The notes: generated by a model from the sequence alone, not told the origin. A stretch of DNA of 64,000 bases from Octopus bimaculoides (GCF_001194135.2 NC_068998.1:49128510-49192509); one strand, 5' to 3'. Counted from the stretch's first letter, positions 27,390-39,308 are shown. Made by a program: numbers and translations.

Positions 27390-28715
27390 CATTATTATTA
27401 TTATGTAATGAAAATTCAGAGCTTATTTTGCTGGGTATGATGGAAAGAGATAGCTGTCCACAGCCAGCAGACAAAAGTGACACTTGTTTACTAGTCATGC
27501 TTCAAGAACCCTGTGACGGGTAAACAAGTGTCCCTTTAGTCTGCTGGCTGTGGACAGCTGACACTTCCCATCATACCCAGCAGGCTAAGCTGTGAATTGT
27601 CATGACATATTACTATAATTATCATGAGAGAGCCGTGCATGCCATCCAAGTGAGACTGAGGTAAATTATATGAAGCCCAACATAGCCGTCATGACTACTC
27701 GTCTGATAAGGGTGCACCAGGCACATGCGTCACAACCATATGTACACGACATGGTGATCTCATATCAATATAAACAGTGCATGACCTCGCAGGTGGGGGC
27801 CCAGTTAGAATTTTATTCAGGATCGCGTATCCCATCCCGCTCAAAACGTCCCTGAATAATGGTTGTTTAAGGATGTTGAAACACACATGTGGCGAATGCG
27901 TACTTCTCTTCTTTTGTCAACTACCGGCTGGCCGTAGCTCCTTGCTTCATCGTTGACCTGTATAATGGTCATGTTCCACTCGTCAGATGGTCCAGCCGCT
28001 GTCAGCAGTCGCTGAGTGGAGGATTTGTCATACCGTGGCTAATGATGCGCAGACACCCGCTGCAGCATCTCCAGCACTTTCTTAACGGTGAACAGATGTC
28101 GAGCAGGAATTTCTGCAGCTCGTCTCATTGACAGATCTACAATCCTGGTTCAAGCGTAGAGTAAGAAAGGGCGCTTGGCACCTGGCGTGCCGGCAAGCGC
28201 TCAAAGCTTTCTGCCAGTCAACCAGCGCGGTCGGTGGAAGTTCCACCATTGAGTTCTATAGGGGATTAGTGGGAGGCATGAGCGATGACTTCTTCATGGA
28301 AACTCTGGACGTCGGAAGGGACCAATTAACTGGTTTTTTCAGGAGGACTTTCGTATATCTTCCAGAAATCCATCGCCTAGCAGTGCTACCGGAGAGATTT
28401 GACAGTTCGAGACAATCTCTACAGACACGGAGGTGCTGTCAGACGACCTGTCCGAGATGTGCACAGGGCGACAAAACCGTCCTCAGTTGAAAAGCAGAGA
28501 GGCGGCTACTGAGGTGCATCTGGCTGTCAGAATAACCAGAATGTATTGGGTTCCTCGGTTGTCCCTGTAAGAAACTTCCCTTTTTGCGAAATTTTATTGT
28601 TTAATTACGTTGTTAATTGTCATTGTTATATTATTGTTTACTCGAATTTTGTGTCCCGAGGTCTGTATTGTCTCTATTTGTTTTGTGTTCGGCCCTTGTG
28701 TCCACTAAAGAAACG

Positions 28716-28750
<35 letters not shown>

Positions 28751-28837
28751 CATTATTATTATTATTATTATTACTATTACTATTATTATTATTACTATTA
28801 CCATTATTATTATTGTCATTATTATTATTACTATGAC

Positions 28838-28921
<84 letters not shown>

Positions 28922-29184
28922 CATAACGTCTCCAAATAATTTCACTGAGCTGCATTATTATACCAACTGCAAATGCATTATTAGTGATACTCTACATAAA
29001 ACATAGAAAACCAATATCAAATTATCAGACACAATGATGTGGAATTACTGAAATCGTTACTTATTGAATGTACAGTTTTCATCAATGAAAATATTTGAAT
29101 AAACATATTTGCATTTTCTTTCAGGTCAGGTTCAAAACAGTCTTGTTTACCGCAATCGTCGTCATGTTACCAATGCATATATAA
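21252..29184 (+). CDS. Gene A: 105-aa secreted/putatively GPI-anchored six-cysteine protein (5 coding exons)
   Basis: join(21252..21288,22900..22999,24276..24360,26365..26400,29125..29184) = 318 nt, all GT-AG, phases 1,2,0,0. Translation MKGHICVFLLIFGIAEAQNCDEMQSKHCPMAKLNFTKIMDGKTFCRRYKQFHRCLHHIDYCYRYYDFAYAETCKSNSFPSDTSRPEVRFKTVLFTAIVVMLPMHI*. Exons 2-5 have same-sized counterparts in gene B. Product class is inferred from the N- and C-terminal hydrophobic segments. Confidence 0.88.
21355..21595. repeat. Compound tetranucleotide array (GATC/CATC/TGTC/TATG/TATC) in gene A intron 1
   Basis: Stepwise succession of 4-mer units. Confidence 0.95.
22900..22999 (+). CDS. Gene A exon 2 (Cys1-3)
   Basis: aatatttag|GT ATT GCA...TTC TGC AG|gtaaaa; 100 nt, 70% identical to 34932-35031. 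Confidence 0.9.
23349..23790. other. Assembly gap (N) in gene A intron 2
   Basis: N run. Other large gaps at 38831-39308, 48432-48762 and 59227-59479; smaller ones near 7349, 31703, 34026, 37270 and 57574. Confidence 1.
24276..24360 (+). CDS. Gene A exon 3 (Cys4-6)
   Basis: tttctcag|G CGC TAC...TGT AAG|gtaaga; 85 nt. Confidence 0.9.
25100..25490 (-). mobile_element. Decayed RT fragment in gene A intron 3
   Basis: Minus-strand LGISHADDIDTLG resembles the YADD catalytic motif; the segment is absent from gene B intron 3. Confidence 0.4.
26365..26400 (+). CDS. Gene A exon 4 (linker micro-exon)
   Basis: tctttcttacag|SNSFPSDTSRPE|gtacgt; 36 nt, phase 0-0. Confidence 0.85.
27010..27262. mobile_element. 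Second copy of the 16.4-16.7 kb repeat, in gene A intron 4
   Basis: Same blocks as 16385-16737, also followed by (ATC)n/(ATT)n. Confidence 0.7.
27263..27404. repeat. (ATC)n/(ATT)n microsatellite
   Basis: Direct inspection. Confidence 0.95.
27429..27582. repeat. Long inverted repeat (63-bp arms, 28-nt loop)
   Basis: 27429-27491 versus the reverse complement of 27520-27582: 57/63 identical. Confidence 0.9.
27886..28716 (+). mobile_element. 5'-truncated Tx1/L1-clade LINE (ORF2 C-terminus plus 3' UTR) in gene A intron 4
   Basis: GC-richer block. Frameshifted translation VPLVRWS...GGFVIPWLMMRRH...KGAWHLACRQAL...TCPRCAQGDKTV contains the C-x2-C knuckle typical of L1/Tx1 ORF2 ends. Followed by (ATT)n; absent from gene B intron 4. 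Confidence 0.75.
28717..28925. repeat. Long (ATT)n microsatellite after the Tx1-like LINE
   Basis: Direct inspection. Confidence 0.95.
29125..29184 (+). CDS. Gene A exon 5 (hydrophobic C-terminal tail)
   Basis: ttttctttcag|VRFKTVLFTAIVVMLPMHI*. Confidence 0.88.
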   Translation, partial: VRFKTVLFTAIVVMLPMHI

Positions 29185-29549
29185 ACAAGAGCACTCAGAG
29201 AGCGCAAACATCTCCCAAGGTAACACCAACGGGCGCTCAACGATTGGGTAGAAATGATTTTTAAAATGAGAATATCTGAAATTAAATCAACTGCTCTCAC
29301 AAACGAGAATACTAAAAAGAAAAAAATAGAAAATTAGGTAAAAAAAAAAAAACTGAAAAATAATCCAGAATCCTTGTCCGGTACCGGATCAATCCCAAAA
29401 TCGAATAAGTTCGTGCCATTTACGAGGCCAAACATCTCTGAAAGTTTCATCCGAATCCATCCAGCGGTTTGTGGTCCACGGATAAACAAATAAACAAACA
29501 AACAAACACGACTGAAAGCAATACCCCCGCCTTCGCTAAGGTGGAGGTA
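29185..29549 (-). mobile_element. Non-autonomous Helentron-type element (HINE/DINE-1-like)
   Basis: Minus strand begins tacctccaccttagcgaaggcgggggta (palindromic subterminal repeat), has (GTTT)n and a ggatggattcggatgaaacttt core, and ends gcgctctctgagtgctcttgt (hairpin). Inserted in an AA/TT site without TSD, as defined by comparison with gene B. Confidence 0.7.
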
Positions 29550-29554
29550 ATAAA
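29549..29554 (+). terminator. Displaced polyadenylation signal of gene A
   Basis: AATAAAGATTATGTTGCTGTA matches gene B AATAAAGATCATGTTGCTGTA, but lies after a 365-nt insertion. Confidence 0.55.
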
Positions 29555-30964
29555 GATTATGTTGCTGTAAGTTGGAGTGTGTGTTATTTTGTAAATAAAT
29601 CAGAAGTGCAGTTCGAATATTGATGGCAATGTTACATCGAATATTTTGAAGCAACATTTCAGGAAATTGTAAAGATGTTTCCATTGAGAAAAAGAGTATT
29701 CCATCCAATAAGAAATACATTTAATTTAACGTACACAGTATTTAATTAAGTGCTACTAATAGAGTTTAGTGCCATGGAGATACGATACTTCCGCAGATTT
29801 ATATACATTGTTTTGTTTTTTGAAGCAGTCTTTCAGGATCAAAGAACATAGGGCATGCTGTTTCAAATTAGGACTCCTTGAGAATTACGAGAAAAGAAAG
29901 AAGACTGATGCAAAATGAGGAGCGAGAGGACAATACTTGAATGAAAACGGGAAAAGAAGGGAAGGAAAAGAAGAACTCACAATAAGTCTGGTTGTTGAAG
30001 ATGCCAAAGTTTGTGAGACAGCTACAATTTAGTAGATTCTCTCAAACTTCGGTGAGGATTGTGTACTTTAGCACAACAGAACTTTTGTCCATGTGCTTGC
30101 ATTTGCTGAAAATGTCGGATCTGAAAAATTATGTAATGCGGTGGAATTTTTGTATCTAAAATGAATGAGCGATGTCTCAGCTACGCAAGCATGCATGGCG
30201 TATAATTCTTCAGGAATTTCCACTCTATTCTGTTCTCGTGTTTCTTTCGGTATCAGCTTGCCAGTTTTCAAATCGGATTATAATTTACGCTGTGCCCGAA
30301 AGATTGCTTGGAGATTCAAGGTATGTTATGTAAATCTGTCAAATTATCATGTCTCCATGGCCTGACATCATTAGTAGAAGTTCTCTTAATCTTGTTTATA
30401 TTGAGAAATATATCTATCCGTATGTATGCTTGTGTGCGCATGTGTGTATCTGTGTATGGTTTTATATGTTTATATAGCATTATATTAAATCGTGTATACT
30501 TAGTTCCGTGTAATGTATTACCCACCATATTGCTTCCGGTATACTATTGTCGTTAGCGTTGTATTTTGTAGTGACACTGGATCAGATATAAAATGCAAAT
30601 GTTGGAGAAATTATGTTCAACAAATTGTATATATTTTGTACCCTTGTGCGTGTGACAGTTGTGATTCTTTGCAACCACTTTGTTACTTATTCAAACTTCA
30701 TGTGGATATTGTAACCAAACAGAATCATTTGGTCTGTGTAACACAGTTCATGAAAATTTTCTCATGATGCTCACTTGTAGTTCATCATGGAATTGCTTTG
30801 AAACATTGCATGGAGGGGCTATAAAATGTAATACAATGTAAAACGTACGTAAGGAATAAAATTGAATTTATTGTAATTGCGTTAATATAATGTTTATATT
30901 TTTTTTATCTTTCATCTATTGTTCTTGCCATTAGACTACAACATTGCTTGGGCAACACTTTGAA

Positions 30965-31565
30965 TTTTACGTCGAAAGGATCGACCACAATACATATTTT
31001 TTATAAGCCTGGTACCTATTCTATCATTCGCTTTTGCCGAACCTCTGAGTTACGGGGTAGTAACCCACCAGCACGAGTTGTCCACCATTGCTGACACAAA
31101 GACCTCCATTTGCAGACAGAAATACATACATGCATATATGAATACATAAATACATACATACATACATACATACATGCTAATGATGACTAAGTTAGTGATA
31201 ATGTTACAATTTAATGACATCAGATGTTTCCCTACCATATTACAGGCTATTTTGCATATGTAACAGAACACAAATAAATTTCAAGGGAGGTAAGAAAAGT
31301 CGTTATTATTAGAAGCAGGAGAGTTACTTGCAATTTACTTTTGCAGATGAATTCCTGATTCTTTTATTCTTTTACTTGTTTCAGTAATTTGATTGCGGCC
31401 ATGCTGGAACACCGCATTTAGTCGATCAAATCGACCCCAGGACTTATTCTTTGTAAGCCTAGTACTTATATCGGTCTCTCTTACAGAACTACTAAGTTAC
31501 GGGGACGTAAACACACCAATATCGCTTGGCAAGCGATGGTGTCGGGGCAGACACACAAACACACA
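30965..31565 (+). mobile_element. Two copies of an interspersed repeat family (about 30965-31110 and 31368-31565)
   Basis: Shared gccatgctgg/atcgaccc/gacttattctttgt/aagttacgggga blocks, also present at 44965-45365. Confidence 0.7.
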
Positions 31566-31635
31566 CATTCTCACACGTGTTCCGCGTTAGTCTACTCACT
31601 CTATATACATATGTATGTGTATATAGGTATGCATG

Positions 31636-31702
<67 letters not shown>

Positions 31703-32047
31703 NNNNNNNNNNNNNNNNNNNNNNNNNNNNNNNNNNNNNNNNNNNNNNNNNNNNNNNNNNNNNNNNNNNNNNNNNNNNNNNNNNNNNNNNNNNNNNNNNN
31801 NNNNNNNNNNNNATATATATATATATATATAATGAAAATAGTTAACGCACGATTACTGAGAAATTCAGTGAATGTATAATTCGCACCAATTTGTTTTCCA
31901 AATTCCTATAAAACTTGTCATTTAAAACATCGACACACGAGTCTTTAATACAATCTTCGCCTAACAGACAATGAAAGACTTAAGTATAATGACATCACAT
32001 ACATCATATTTATATCTATTTTAGAAATAACATCTGTTGACAGCATT

Positions 32048-32053
32048 TATAAA
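32048..32053 (+). promoter_or_regulatory. Candidate TATA box of gene B
   Basis: TATAAA 68 nt before the ATG, inside the block cagcatttataaagaatttagaaaag that is conserved upstream of gene C. Confidence 0.5.
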
Positions 32054-32115
32054 GAATTTAGAAAAGATCACTGTATGTAGTTCTCTGTGAAGCCTTCTGT
32101 TTGACATAAATAAGT

Positions 32116-32155
32116 ATGATGAATTCTTGTATCTTTATCTTATTTTTCTTTGTTG
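32116..32155 (+). CDS. Gene B exon 1 (signal peptide)
   Basis: MMNSCIFILFFFV+G|gtaagt, phase 1. Confidence 0.85.
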
Positions 32156-33986
32156 GTAAGTTGCAATTTAATCATTATATTACTAACAAAATCTTATCTT
32201 TGATACACGCGCGCACACACATATCCATACACAAGCACATATGTATTTGTGTATGTATGTAAGTTTGATTGACTTGCTGCGTGTGGTAGTGGATGGGCTG
32301 TAGCTGTCTGGTTGGATGATTGTGTGTGAAATATGTGTGCTTTATTCTCCGTAAATGTTTACACATAACCACAAATCACATTCTACTGAAACAAAAAGTT
32401 TCATGCAATGCAAATTTGGAGGGTAGCCAACACGAGAATCAATAGCATTAAATCCGTCACATTATTCATTAACAAAGACAGAAGGAAGTATACGGACATA
32501 GAAATCATGCAAAGCATACACTGGAGCCGAATTCACTCCTTGGCCCCATCAGACCCTGCCTGTCAAGCCGTCCAACTCATGTCAGTTTGGAAGATGGATG
32601 TTAAAAGATGACGATTCAATTTCATGAAATAACAAAGTGACTATTCAGCTGAGAGTTAGACACTAGCTTTTGGTTTACTTATCGAACAATAGATTGTTTG
32701 CACTTTGTGTAATCTTGTTTATAACATAATCTGCAGGGCGTATTTTAACACATTGTCGAATTGCAGTAGGGTTTCAGTGATCTCCTAATATAAGTGTTAT
32801 CTTGAATATACAAATCGATTTGTGTCGGTTTTCCTTAGAAGAATCATTGCTATTTGATTATTTCATCTTGTCTCTGTGAAATCATATGAAAGCTACGTCA
32901 TGAGTGACGTTAGCGTAATGCGACAAGAATAGAAAAGGATGGTGGAAGTGACAAATATCAATTCTCCCATGGCAAGACAATGACCCTTCATCAGAAGCTG
33001 CACTAGAATCAGTGATACCTGAAACAGCTGCTACGAATATATTATCCACATCTGTGAAGAGGCTATGCAAACGTAGGTATTATATTGCTGGTTACGTACA
33101 TAATATCTCTTTACATGCCAGGAAATTTCCGCAGTTCTGTCCAGGTTTTAAGCTCAAGTATTGAATTTTAGTAACAAGTAGAAAAAGATTAAAACACACA
33201 CACACACACACACGAAAAGATATATGCGACGTGCGGTAAACAGCATGTCTTTCTGTATCATATAATGTACACAAACTAGCTAACAATTTATTACTGTCAT
33301 ATACATAGGATATGGAAGTACATAGCTTAGAGGTTATGGGCATTGGGCTACCGGGCTACCGATCGTAAATTCGTTAGTTCGATTCTCGGAGGGAAATTGT
33401 GTCTTTGAAAAAGACACCATATTTCTAGCTGCACCCGTTAACTCAGCTAGCGAAAATGAGTTAGTTGTAACTCTAATTCCAAAAACCAGCCTTTTGACAT
33501 CCTGTGCCACACTGAACCTCCCTGAAAACTACGTTAATGAATACGTATCTATGGAGTGCTTAGCCACATGCACGTTAATATTTCGACCAAGCTGTTCCGT
33601 TGATCGGATGAGATGACACACTTGCTGTTGTAACGGGCTCAATGCCAGTTTTACGTATAGGAACAAGACGATGGCATTCTCACTACTTGCTGCCGTAATT
33701 GTACTCTCGTCGGTTCTCTGTCATTGGACGTGAACGAGATTTGTGTAATATTAAACATGTTTCTTTTTTAACGTTGCAAATATGAATATTGCGAAGCAGA
33801 TTCTTGGAGACTTGTTTTTATCACGGATGCTAATTCTATGTTGCAAAGTCGAACAACCTGCTTAGCAAATTAAAAACAGGAGTTAACGGCTTGTTTCTTG
33901 GTATGACTTGATTAAATATAGGTAAAATATTTTCAGAAATGCGATTGAAGGCGTTTGAAGATATAATAGGATAATACAGATGCAAT

Positions 33987-34025
<39 letters not shown>

Positions 34026-37000
34026 NNNNNNNNNNAAAAAAAAAAAAAAAAAAAAAAAAAAGAAAAAAAAAAGGTTACGATTATTACTAAACGAATTTTT
34101 AAGAATCGGTTTTAGTGAGATTTCTTTTGTTGAAGCATTCTATGGAAAAATATTTTGTGACAACACAATTCTGTGCATGTCGTGTAATCTTATGTATTTG
34201 AGGTAGTAAGTAAATTAAGATAACATATAAGATTAATTACTGTTCAATATTTCTGTGTTTATTTCCTATCCAGTAGCAAATTGTATCGCAAATATTTATA
34301 CATATAAGAAGTATTCAATATTCAATACTGAAATTTCATTGTTAAACGTAATATATCATATTCTATGTTTTAGAATTTACCTGTTGATTCCCAGTAAGAA
34401 CGAATATGTTAGGTGTTATAGTAATATGGTTGGTTTCAGTTATTCTGGTTGTTAGTATCGATTGAAGTATTGTATTACTGAATATTGACACCCTAGCATA
34501 TCACAGTGTACGTTTTGGGGTCTGCGCCGGGTTGAGTGAGTAGCTAAGAAGCTTGCTTCCGAACCATATAGTCAGACACCATAGATTCGTCAATAAAAAA
34601 TAGATCTAACTTCCTTTTTAAAGTACTTTTCAAACGATTGTTTTTTTTTTCAAAACTACTAAGAACTTTCACTTCACAAACCGGAAAACAAAACCATCAC
34701 ACAGCAATATTCGTAGAAGTATTCTGATATCTCTCGAGCCTAAAGTTATACGAACAGGTATATCAGTCCAGAAGCAAATTATGTATAAATATACATTATT
34801 CAACATTGTTTTCTTCTGTTTCCGTATTGTATTTTGAGCATAATAAACTCACGAATTTTTCTTTCAACCACATGATTTAAAAACAAGGATTTAATTTCCT
34901 ACTTTGTCTTTGTCGTTTTATCAATATTTAGGTACAGCAGTGGCACAAGATTGTGATTTCTTGCAAAACAAATACTGTCCATATGCCATGATAGATTTTA
35001 GTGAAATTACGAACGAAAACGTTTTCTGCCGGTAAATATCCTCTAACTGCTTCTATTAATATTAATTTGATTAATGGGAGAGACGGAAGATGGAAAAGGC
35101 GAAAATCTTTCTATGTTGATCACTAAAATTGTTTTGAGCCGTCTAGCATCGATACCTTGTGGGTGTAGTTCTGAAAATCTGATTTAGGTGTGTCATTCGG
35201 TGTATATGTGCCTCTTCAATAGGTATCTCGTTAAAATAAACTCTGTTTCGAAAGATTCCTCGGTCTTCGTATATAGAGGTGGCAAATTAAAGCGTACACC
35301 TTCGTTCTTTTAGAAGATCCATAACAAATATCAGATACAATAAAAAAAAGAACAAAACAAAACAGAATACATCGAAACAAGTACTTTTGTAAAAACGTAT
35401 GTTTCATTTCGTTGAATTATCATGGAGCTTGAAAATATTTCTAAGAAAAATATGTGTGTGTGTCTATATACATGTACAAACACAGACAGGCACACAGACA
35501 CACACGTGCACACATATACACATATTTGTATATATATATTTATCGACCATACATATTCAATACGCAAACGCCACATACATGTCGATAGGCCGCGATTTAG
35601 CGCGGTAGTGGTTACTCCCTGAAATTGACGGTGGTTGAAGCGACTGAATGTCATAGAGAATCAAGACAACTCACCCCAGATGTCATTAAGGAAGATGAGA
35701 CATCAATTTTGCACCGTTTTTGTCACCTATATTCCCTTCTGAATAAAAGTAAAAAAAAGTAGCAGTATTTATTTTTCTTTTACTTACCCATTCTAGAAGC
35801 TGGATAGCTGAACTTAAAGCAATGTGCTTGTTTCAGTAGAATATATATATGAAGCTAATAACTCCGATTTTGGTGGAAAATACTGAATATTTGTTCTATT
35901 TTTGAGGAATATTTATGTTCGTTCACTTTGGTTGAACAGTAATCAATTAAATATGCCTCCATTGTTTACTACATATATTTTTCGTACTCCAGGAATATAA
36001 AACATAAATTTCGCTTGGAATCGCTTACGTCTCAGAACGAAATACCTTCCTAAAATGTCAGGATAATTCAACATTTTCTGTTTGCCAATAATTTATGATT
36101 TTTTCGCAGACGTTACAAAGATTTTGATTATTGTTTTCATACAATACTCCCCTGTCAAAAATACTATGATTTCGTGTATTTCGAAACCTGTGAGGTAAGA
36201 TATTTTTATTACTCTGGGCTCAGTTGCTACTACTATTGTTTAGTCAATTTTCTTGTTAGCTTCGCCAGTTTTAGTGGTAGAGATATCTGCTATAAAATTA
36301 TATTATATATAACGTAAAGATTTCCACAAGTTGTATTATATATCTTAGTTATTCTTTCATGCATACATGTTTTCTGGCAGTCACATGACGTCTGCCACGT
36401 TGGGGATGTTCAGCGCATATTCAGGCTTGAAATACCGCTTCTTATGATCCGATATACATTCCGATTATAGTGTAATATTTCCTGAAATATGTGACTGAAA
36501 TGATATACGCGAACGAAACAAAACTGCATCATACTTTACAATGGACTTCTTTTTTCTTCATCTCTGACATAGTGTATTACAGGTGTTTATTCTTCCGAGA
36601 TGGATATGATGCAACACAATTTCGTCTAATGATAACATTCTTAGTTTGGGAATATTGAATAAGAGATAATAGACGTATTATTTGTATTGAATTTTCAATT
36701 TCACAATACATAAGTTCTTTTTTACAGTACTCTAGCAAGGAGAACGACTCTAGCAGACCTGAGGTACGTAAAACTCTTATAACGCCACACTATGAACCTA
36801 ATATTGATATTTATATTACAACTGTAATAACACTATGTCACACCTACTTCACACCAGTATGAATATTACTGTAATAACCAAAGCCATATCATTTTCATAT
36901 TAATGAGATGTATTGGTAAGGCCGGTGAAAATTTCGTTCCAGTAAGACTACAATAATAAGGAATGGACTGATAGTAGCACTAAAGATATCTCAAAACAAA

Positions 37001-37203
37001 TAATATGCAATATCCCTGTGTCAGCTCAAAGTAAACGTAGTTTTCTTATTAAAAAGAGACTCTACTTGCATTACCAGTCAAGATATCTACATACTAATAT
37101 GCTGTTTTGGAGATATTACGATACGTTTCGGGTCATTACAGCGCGGAAAAATTTAGAGACACGGAGTGTATGTATGTATGTATGTAAATATGTATGTAGT
37201 ATG

Positions 37204-37269
<66 letters not shown>

Positions 37270-37351
37270 NNNNNNNNNNNNNNNNNNNNNNNNNNNNNNN
37301 NNNNNNNNNNNNNNNNNNNNNNNNNNNNNNNNNNNNNNNNNNNNNNNNNNN

Positions 37352-37432
<81 letters not shown>

Positions 37433-38173
37433 ATAGAGTATTGTAGTTCACTGGAAACATTGCGTATTGTTTATGAAATGTAACCTTTCTGGAATTGTAC
37501 AACAATGCAGAATGGACTATAATAACTGTTATTAATAATTTAGTTATTCATAGTCTGACATAATATTTCGGAATATAAAAATTCCTACTGATTTCAGTAA
37601 CCTCTATAACAGAGACACCGCTACTTCCTAGCAATATCTGAAGAAAGAATCTTAATATTCCGAAATATTGGACTGTAAATAATTAACTTGTTTCTAACAG
37701 TTATTATAGTTCACTCAGCGTTGTTGCACCAATCCAGACACATTACATTTTACACACACACACATATCTTCATATGTTTATTTAGTGAGACATAGGCACG
37801 CACATACACGCATACATACAACATACAATATCCTGTAACAGTCATTCACGTTTGGAAGACGTTGGAATAACTCACGGGCTTCAATCTCATATCTCTGCAA
37901 TTTTATCATTATGATTGCGAATGATAATTTTATTGAACCGTACTATATTATATCAATTACAAATGTGATATTAGTGTTACCCTACATTGGACTAAGAAAA
38001 CCAGTATGTATTGATTCTACAATGTTGTAAAATATTGAAATTGTACCTAATCGAATTTACAGTTTTCAATCAGTATCATTATTTGAATAAACGTGTTTGT
38101 CTTCTATTTGCAGATTAAGTTTAAAACAGTATTGTTTACTGCAATCACCATCATGTTACCAATGCATATATAA
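32116..38173 (+). CDS. Gene B: 106-aa paralog of gene A (5 coding exons)
   Basis: join(32116..32155,34932..35031,36110..36194,36728..36763,38114..38173) = 321 nt, GT-AG, phases 1,2,0,0. Translation MMNSCIFILFFFVGTAVAQDCDFLQNKYCPYAMIDFSEITNENVFCRRYKDFDYCFHTILPCQKYYDFVYFETCEYSSKENDSSRPEIKFKTVLFTAITIMLPMHI*. AATAAA at 38173-38178. Confidence 0.9.
33335..33650 (+). mobile_element. tRNA-headed SINE in gene B intron 1
   Basis: B-box-like agttcgattctc at about 33375 followed by a GC-richer body. Confidence 0.45.
33990..34072. repeat. Poly(A) run spanning a small N gap
   Basis: Direct inspection. Confidence 0.9.
34932..35031 (+). CDS. Gene B exon 2
   Basis: aatatttag|TAVAQDCDFLQNKYCPYAMIDFSEITNENVFC|gtaaat; 100 nt. 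Confidence 0.9.
36110..36194 (+). CDS. Gene B exon 3
   Basis: ttttcgcag|RYKDFDYCFHTILPCQKYYDFVYFETCE|gtaaga; 85 nt. Confidence 0.9.
36728..36763 (+). CDS. Gene B exon 4
   Basis: tttttacag|YSSKENDSSRPE|gtacgt; 36 nt. Confidence 0.85.
38114..38173 (+). CDS. Gene B exon 5
   Basis: ctatttgcag|IKFKTVLFTAITIMLPMHI*. Confidence 0.88.
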   Translation: MKFKTVLFTAITIMLPMHI

Positions 38174-38178
38174 ATAAA
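38173..38178 (+). terminator. Polyadenylation signal of gene B
   Basis: AATAAA overlapping the TAA stop, with GT-rich sequence downstream. Confidence 0.6.
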
Positions 38179-38288
38179 GATCATGTTGCTGTATTTAGGC
38201 GTATGTGTTATTTTGTCATAAGCAATTGAATCAGAAGTTTAGTTCATTACAAAGTCCAGTTCGAGTATTGATGTCAATTTTACATCTA

Positions 38289-38800
38289 TTGGGTTGGCAA
38301 GAAAGTGATTTCGGTTTTATTTAGAGTGAAATATAAGTAAATTTTCTCTGACAAAGAATAAACTTCAATCAATTATATATTTTCTCTTTTGTTCGATGAC
38401 CTTTGACCATCTTTCTGGAAACTTCAACATTCCGCGCTCACAGAACCTTTTGTGCTTATCAGCTGAAGCAAGTGCGGTTGCAGGTCATCATCATTATTGA
38501 AAGTTTCAGCATTCAAAGAATCTTGCAAGTGCCGAAATAAGTGGTAATCTGATGGTGCAGGGTCAGAGCTTTTCGGTGGATGTGACATCACTTCCCAAAC
38601 AAGCTCCAAAACGTTTTCACGAGTTAGCATAAACGTCTGTGGTCTAGCGTTGTCACGGTGGAACACGATTCCTTTACGATTTGCCAATTCCGACCGTTTT
38701 TCTTTGATTGCTTCCTCCGGTTTCATTAGTTATTGAAAGTAAACATCTGAATCGATCGTTTGGTTGCTTGGAAGCAGCTTAAAATACACCACACCTTTGT
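38289..38800 (-). mobile_element. Mariner transposon 3' part with TIR
   Basis: RKGIVFHRDNARP...HPPKSSDPAPSDYHLFRHLQ matches the mariner HDNARPH and YSPDLAPSDYHLF motifs. TA followed by TIR-like TTGGGTTGGCAAGAAAGTGATTTCGGTTTT at 38289. Ends close to an N gap. Confidence 0.88.
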
Positions 38801-39308
38801 AATCCCACTAATATATATAGTAAATATATANNNNNNNNNNNNNNNNNNNNNNNNNNNNNNNNNNNNNNNNNNNNNNNNNNNNNNNNNNNNNNNNNNNNNN
38901 NNNNNNNNNNNNNNNNNNNNNNNNNNNNNNNNNNNNNNNNNNNNNNNNNNNNNNNNNNNNNNNNNNNNNNNNNNNNNNNNNNNNNNNNNNNNNNNNNNNN
39001 NNNNNNNNNNNNNNNNNNNNNNNNNNNNNNNNNNNNNNNNNNNNNNNNNNNNNNNNNNNNNNNNNNNNNNNNNNNNNNNNNNNNNNNNNNNNNNNNNNNN
39101 NNNNNNNNNNNNNNNNNNNNNNNNNNNNNNNNNNNNNNNNNNNNNNNNNNNNNNNNNNNNNNNNNNNNNNNNNNNNNNNNNNNNNNNNNNNNNNNNNNNN
39201 NNNNNNNNNNNNNNNNNNNNNNNNNNNNNNNNNNNNNNNNNNNNNNNNNNNNNNNNNNNNNNNNNNNNNNNNNNNNNNNNNNNNNNNNNNNNNNNNNNNN
39301 NNNNNNNN

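Noticed and set aside
29125-29250. Alternative Cys-rich frame of exon 5 (SCLPQSSSCYQCIYK)
   Set aside because: Exon 4 ends in phase 0 in all genes, and the hydrophobic frame has an aligned stop in A, B and D.
33990-34072. Poly(A) tail of a processed pseudogene
   Set aside because: No upstream coding or SINE body directly attached, and the run spans an N gap, so its length is unreliable.
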